A stretch of DNA of 64,000 nucleotides from Mobula hypostoma (Eukaryota): assembly GCF_963921235.1 (NCBI RefSeq), contig NC_086097.1, positions 110,672,001 to 110,736,000 of the forward strand, written 5' to 3'. Numbering within the stretch: position 1 is the stretch's first letter; every line of letters begins with the position of its first letter. Under the pieces are notes generated by a model, which was given only the letters and a program-made list of their open reading frames with translations, did no database searches and had not been told where the DNA came from. The position numbers and the translations under genes were made by a program. This document shows, in pieces, positions 59,660 through 64,000 of this stretch.

Positions 59660-60035
59660 GGGCCATGGAAAAACAGAAACAGGCAATTTGGCCCATCTAG
59701 TCCATGCCAAACCGTGCATTCCCAAACGTGACATGCACCGGGGGAGCATACCTCTGCCATCTGTGTACCTACCCAAACTTCTCCTAAACATTGAAATCAA
59801 TCTGGTACACACCACTTGTGCTGGCAGCTCTTTCCACACTCACATAACCCTCTGAGTGAAGAAGTTTCCCCTCATGTTCTCCCTCAAACTTTTCACCTTT
59901 CACCCTTATCCCATGACCTCTCATTGTAGTCCCACTCAACCTCAGTGCAAAAGCTCTGCTTGCATTTACCCTATCTATACACCTCATAATTTTGTATACT
60001 TCTATCAAGTCTCCCCTCAATCTTCCATGTTCTGT
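59660..60035 (-). mobile_element. CR1 3' end
   Basis: ORF 59784..60020 (MRGDLIEVYKIMR). Confidence 0.8.
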
Positions 60036-60274
60036 AAGATGTTAATAAAAACCTGCCTTCACAACCATATTTCATTGTTTTGAACACCACTAGCCCAAGC
60101 CTATTTAGTCTTCCCTACTGCGACCTGAAGATAACTTTCCTGGTTCTGATGAAGGATCTCTCACTTGAAACATTAACTCTGTGTTATTTTCATCCAATGC
60201 TCTCTGATCCCCTAGTATGATCTTGCAGCATTTTCTGTTTTTATTGTCAAACTTGACTTCCAGCACTCATGTAC

Positions 60275-60365
60275 CTTTATAAGCATTTCCATCCATGTCC
60301 ACTCCTCCCGAAATGGATTGGCCGAACATGCGCAATTCTGGATTGATTTTCTGTGCCAACACCTT
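60275..60365 (-). CDS. ITGA9: Integrin alpha-9 internal exon (91 nt, phase 0 to 1; probably the human exon 12 equivalent): KVLAQKINPELRMFGQSISGGVDMDGNAYK(D)
   Basis: Manual reverse-strand reading: acceptor cactcttccAG, donor AAG|GTacat. Encodes the FG..S..GG.DMDGN.Y.D motif of the last integrin FG-GAP repeat with its Ca2+-binding loop, closely matching the recalled human ITGA9 sequence KINPVLRMFGQSISGGIDMDGNGYPD. Not translated in this frame in the ORF track. Confidence 0.95.
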
Positions 60366-61129
60366 CTGGAAGAGTGAAGGTATAACACCATGTTAGGAAA
60401 ACAAGACGAGTCAGAGAAGACCCCTGCATTTGTGATCATGGTAGAGCATGCTGTGAGATAGGTGGATAGGGCAAGAGAGGGTGCAAAGTTCTCAGTTTGG
60501 AAGCCAGCACCATGTCAGACATATGATACCTAAATCCACACAAGATTCCATGAAGAAGTTTTAGATATTGTGGGCTAGAAAGCATTAATTGACTGAAAAG
60601 ATGCAACAAAGCAGCATTACACAGGAAACCCACATTTACTTTGTGCTTTCCCCTCACAGTGAAAATCTATCAATTGTGAAACCCAGCTCCAGATGGCAAA
60701 ACGGATGCTGCACACATTGCATACTAAGAGCTCCATTCAGTGGGCCAGATAACCAGGCCAGGGGTCCAAGAAAGGGGATGTGTGCAGAAAGGGCATGGGT
60801 CAGTCACTGAAGCAATAAGGCAGCCTCACGGACAGCAACACCAAGAAAAGTGTACATGTGGGCCCAACCAGAAAATAACAGAGAGCTCAAATTCTGTGGC
60901 AATAATGTCAAAGCCGGCCTCAACTTTTCCCAATTTAGTCTGATAGGGTAAACTCACTCAATGTCCTTGCGTGTGCACAGGAAATTTGCAATATACAAAG
61001 GAGCCAGAGCATACATGTTCAGAAGTGTGTACACTATGTTCCCAAACACATATAACAATCAATTTTTTAAAAATTCCATCATAAATTGCACTACGGAATT
61101 GAATTTCTAATGAAGCTGGTATGCACCAC

Positions 61130-62863
61130 TTGTGTCTGGAACCGGAGGAGACAGCAGAGGTATTTAATAAATACTTTGCTTCAGTATTCACTAGGGAAAA
61201 GGATATTGGCAATTGTAGGGATGACCTGCAGCAGACTGAAAAGCATGAGCATGTAGATATTAAGAAAGAGGATGTGCTGGAGTTTTTGGAAAGCATCAGG
61301 TTGGATAAGTCACAGGGACCGGACTTGATATACCCCAGGCTACAGTGGGACGTGAGGGAGGAGATTGCTGAGCCCCTGCCAATGATCTTTGCATCATCAA
61401 TGGGAACAGGAGAGGTTCCGGAGGATTGGAGGGTTGCAGATGTTGTTCTCTTATTCAAGGAAGGGAGTAAGAATAGCCCAGGAAATTATAGGTCAGTGAG
61501 TCTTACTTCAATGGTTGGTAAGTTGATGGAGAAGATCTTGAGAGGCAGGATTTATGAACATTTGGTGAGGCATAATATGATTAGGAACAGTCAGCATGGC
61601 TTTGTCAAAGGCAGGTCGTGCCTTACGAGCCCGATTGAATTTTTTGAGGTTGTGACTAAACACATTGATGAAGGTAGAGCAGTAGATGTAGTGTATATGG
61701 ATTTCGGCAAGGCATCTGACAAGGTACCCCATGCAAGGCTTATTCAGAAAGTAAGGAGGTATGGGATCCAAGCGGACATTCATTTGAGGATCCAGAACTG
61801 GCTTGCCCACAGAAGGCAAAGAGTGGTTGTAGACAGGTCATATTCTGCATGGAGGTCGGTGACCAGTGGTGTGCCTCAGAAATCTGTTCTGGGACCCCTA
61901 CTCTTCGTTATTTTTATAAATGACCTGGATGAGGAAGTGGAGGGATGGGTTAATAAATTTGCTGATGACACAAAGGTTGGGGGTGCGGCGGATAGTGTGG
62001 AGGGCTGGCAGAGGTTACAGTGGGACATCAGTAGGATGCAAAACTGGGCTGAGAAGTGGCAGATGGAGTTCAACCCAGATAAGTGTGAGGTGGTTCATTT
62101 TAGTAGGTCAAATATGATGGCAGAATATAGCATTAATGGTAAGACTCTTGGCAGTGTGGAGGATCAGCTGGATCTTGGGGTCTGAGTCCATAGGACACTC
62201 AAAGCTGCTGTGCAGGTTGACTCTGTGTTAAGAAGGCATACAGTGCATTGGCCTTCATCAACCGTGGGATTGAGTTTAAGAGCCAAAAGGTAATGTTACA
62301 GCTATATAGGACCCTGGTCAGACCCCACCTGGAGTACTGTGCTCAGTTCTGGTTGCCTCACTACAGGAAGGATGTGGAAACTACAGAAAGAGTGTAGAAG
62401 AGATTTACAAGGATGTTGCCTGGATTGGAGAGCATGCCTTATGAGAATAGGTGGAGTGAACTTGGTCTTTTCTCCTTGGAGCGACGGAGGATGAGAGGTG
62501 ACCTGATAGAGGTGTATAAGATAATGAGAGGCATTGATCGTGTGGATAGTCAGAGGCTTTTTCCCAGAGCTGAAATGGCTAGCATGAGAGGGAACTGTTT
62601 TAAGGTGATTGGAAGTAGGTACAGAGGAGATGTCAGGGATAAGTTTTTTTACGCAGAGTGGTGAGTGCGTGGAATGGGCTGCAGGTGACAGTGATGGAGG
62701 CAGATACGATAGGGTCTTTTAAGAGACTTCTGGATAGGCACATGGAGCTTAGAAAAATAGAGGGCTATGGGTAACCTTAGGTAATTTCTGAAGTAAATGC
62801 ATGTTTGGCACAGCATTGTGGGCCAAAGGGCCTGTGTTGTTCTGTAGGTTTTCTATGTTTCTA
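61130..62863 (+). mobile_element. Young CR1 LINE, 5'-truncated (RT plus 3' UTR)
   Basis: ORF 61121..62185 (354 aa; GNYRSVSLTS, FADD) and ORF 62413..62664; TTTCTATGTTTCTA tail. Confidence 0.95.
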
Positions 62864-63599
62864 GTTAATGTGTCCTCGAATTAATTCTGCATACTTTCAG
62901 ATAAAGAACCATTCCTTTTTTTGATTTACCATTTCTCCTGACTGAATGTTTCCAGGAGCACTCTTATGTTTGGAATCTCTCTCCCTTCTTATCAAACCTT
63001 GTTATCATTGCCTATTTAGCAATCCCTCATTATTGTTTTCAAACTTCGTAAATGTCCCTGTATCTAAACTATTTCCTCCTTGATAACCCACCCCTCCCCA
63101 ACACTGTTCAGGTTAAAACACATTCTATAGTCCTGGTTATCTGATTCCAGCACATCTTTTCGTAGGTAAAGGACCCAAAACTACTCTAGTGCTGACAAAT
63201 GCCTCATTAAAGCCTCAATGTTTTTATCCATACAGGCTGCAAAAAAACACATACTTTAATATTGAGACTCCTTCAGTGTTAACGGTATCTACTCATTCAT
63301 GGATCAATTGACCTTGTACTGCCTCATTCATTAAAAAAATAAAACACTAGTCCAAACCTATCTACAGTAATGCATCCAGTCCTCAGCACTGCGTGGTGGC
63401 AAGTTATGACTGATTCAGAGATGAAATTCCACCTTCCAAAGATGACTGACTTCAGTTTTGAGAAGAGAATGGAAAAGTTGGTATTGTTCACCAGAAGGCA
63501 GACAAAATTGAAAATTTGATGGAAAGTATTTAATCATGCAGTGTGTAAAATTAACTGTTAGCAGAAAATTATGGAAAATTATTTGGAAAAAATCTCTTG

Positions 63600-63940
63600 C
63601 TGATAAACAAGTATTTAATATTAGACTATAAAATAATATTGATTCATTGGTAAGATGGGCAGAGCAATGGTAGATGGAATTTAACCCTGATAAGTGTGAG
63701 GTAAGGTGTTAACGGTGGAACATATACACTGACTGGCAGGACCTCAGAGTATTGAGAAATAGAGGAACCTTAGCGTAAAGTTTAAAAGATCCCTGAAAAT
63801 GGCAGGAAGTAGTGAAGGCAGCAAGTGGGATCCTTGCCTTCATTTGCCTAAGTCTAGAATCTAAGAGTCTGAAGCTTATAGCATAATTTTATAAAAGGCT
63901 GGTTGGACCACACCTGAAGTCTTATGTATAGCTCAGTTGA
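63600..63940 (+). mobile_element. Old CR1 fragment
   Basis: RWAEQW.MEFNPDKCEV motif. Confidence 0.65.
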
Positions 63941-64000
63941 ATGCAAATATTTATGTCAGTATTGAATTATCACCATTTTGCAACAACAAATATATCAGTC

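Noticed and set aside
61121..62185. Functional reverse transcriptase gene
   Set aside because: A 5'-truncated CR1 lacking the endonuclease, with a premature stop and altered motifs (KASDK, PQKS).
60366..64000. Preceding ITGA9 exon (DVAIGAP..GAVYIY)
   Set aside because: Not found by eye; it probably lies beyond the window end.

Overview
Eukaryotic, AT-rich, repeat-dominated vertebrate DNA. The repeat complement (many CR1 LINEs, Rex1/Babar, Penelope-derived repeats, tRNA-derived SINEs) suggests a cartilaginous fish, probably a ray (inference). The window lies inside integrin alpha-9 (ITGA9) on the minus strand. Four GT-AG exons (60365-60275, 58345-58300, 53377-53223, 37674-37517; 91+46+155+158 = 450 nt) splice into one open frame of 150 codons covering the last FG-GAP/Ca2+-binding propeller blade and the start of the thigh domain. 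Only one of these exons is translated in its correct frame in the ORF track. The rest is intron, mostly transposon relics. These include a 5'-complete L1 with a 16-bp TSD and a 12-aa tandem expansion in ORF1, an R4/Dong-type RLE retroelement, RTE fragments, three solo LTRs with TSDs, a Gypsy gag-pro relic, and Tc1/mariner and hAT MITEs. There is also a multi-level nest (CR1 > Penelope > two inverted hAT copies) and a family of Penelope-derived short elements carrying minimal hammerhead-ribozyme motifs, one of them a TSD-flanked 86-bp fold-back. No prokaryotic system or CRISPR array is present. The best leads are RNA-level (hammerhead and fold-back elements; an in-frame 450-nt exon module flanked by inverted CR1 copies, a circRNA candidate), possible horizontally acquired retroelements, and a candidate intronic enhancer. 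Boundaries of elements without a TSD are approximate and were estimated by eye.
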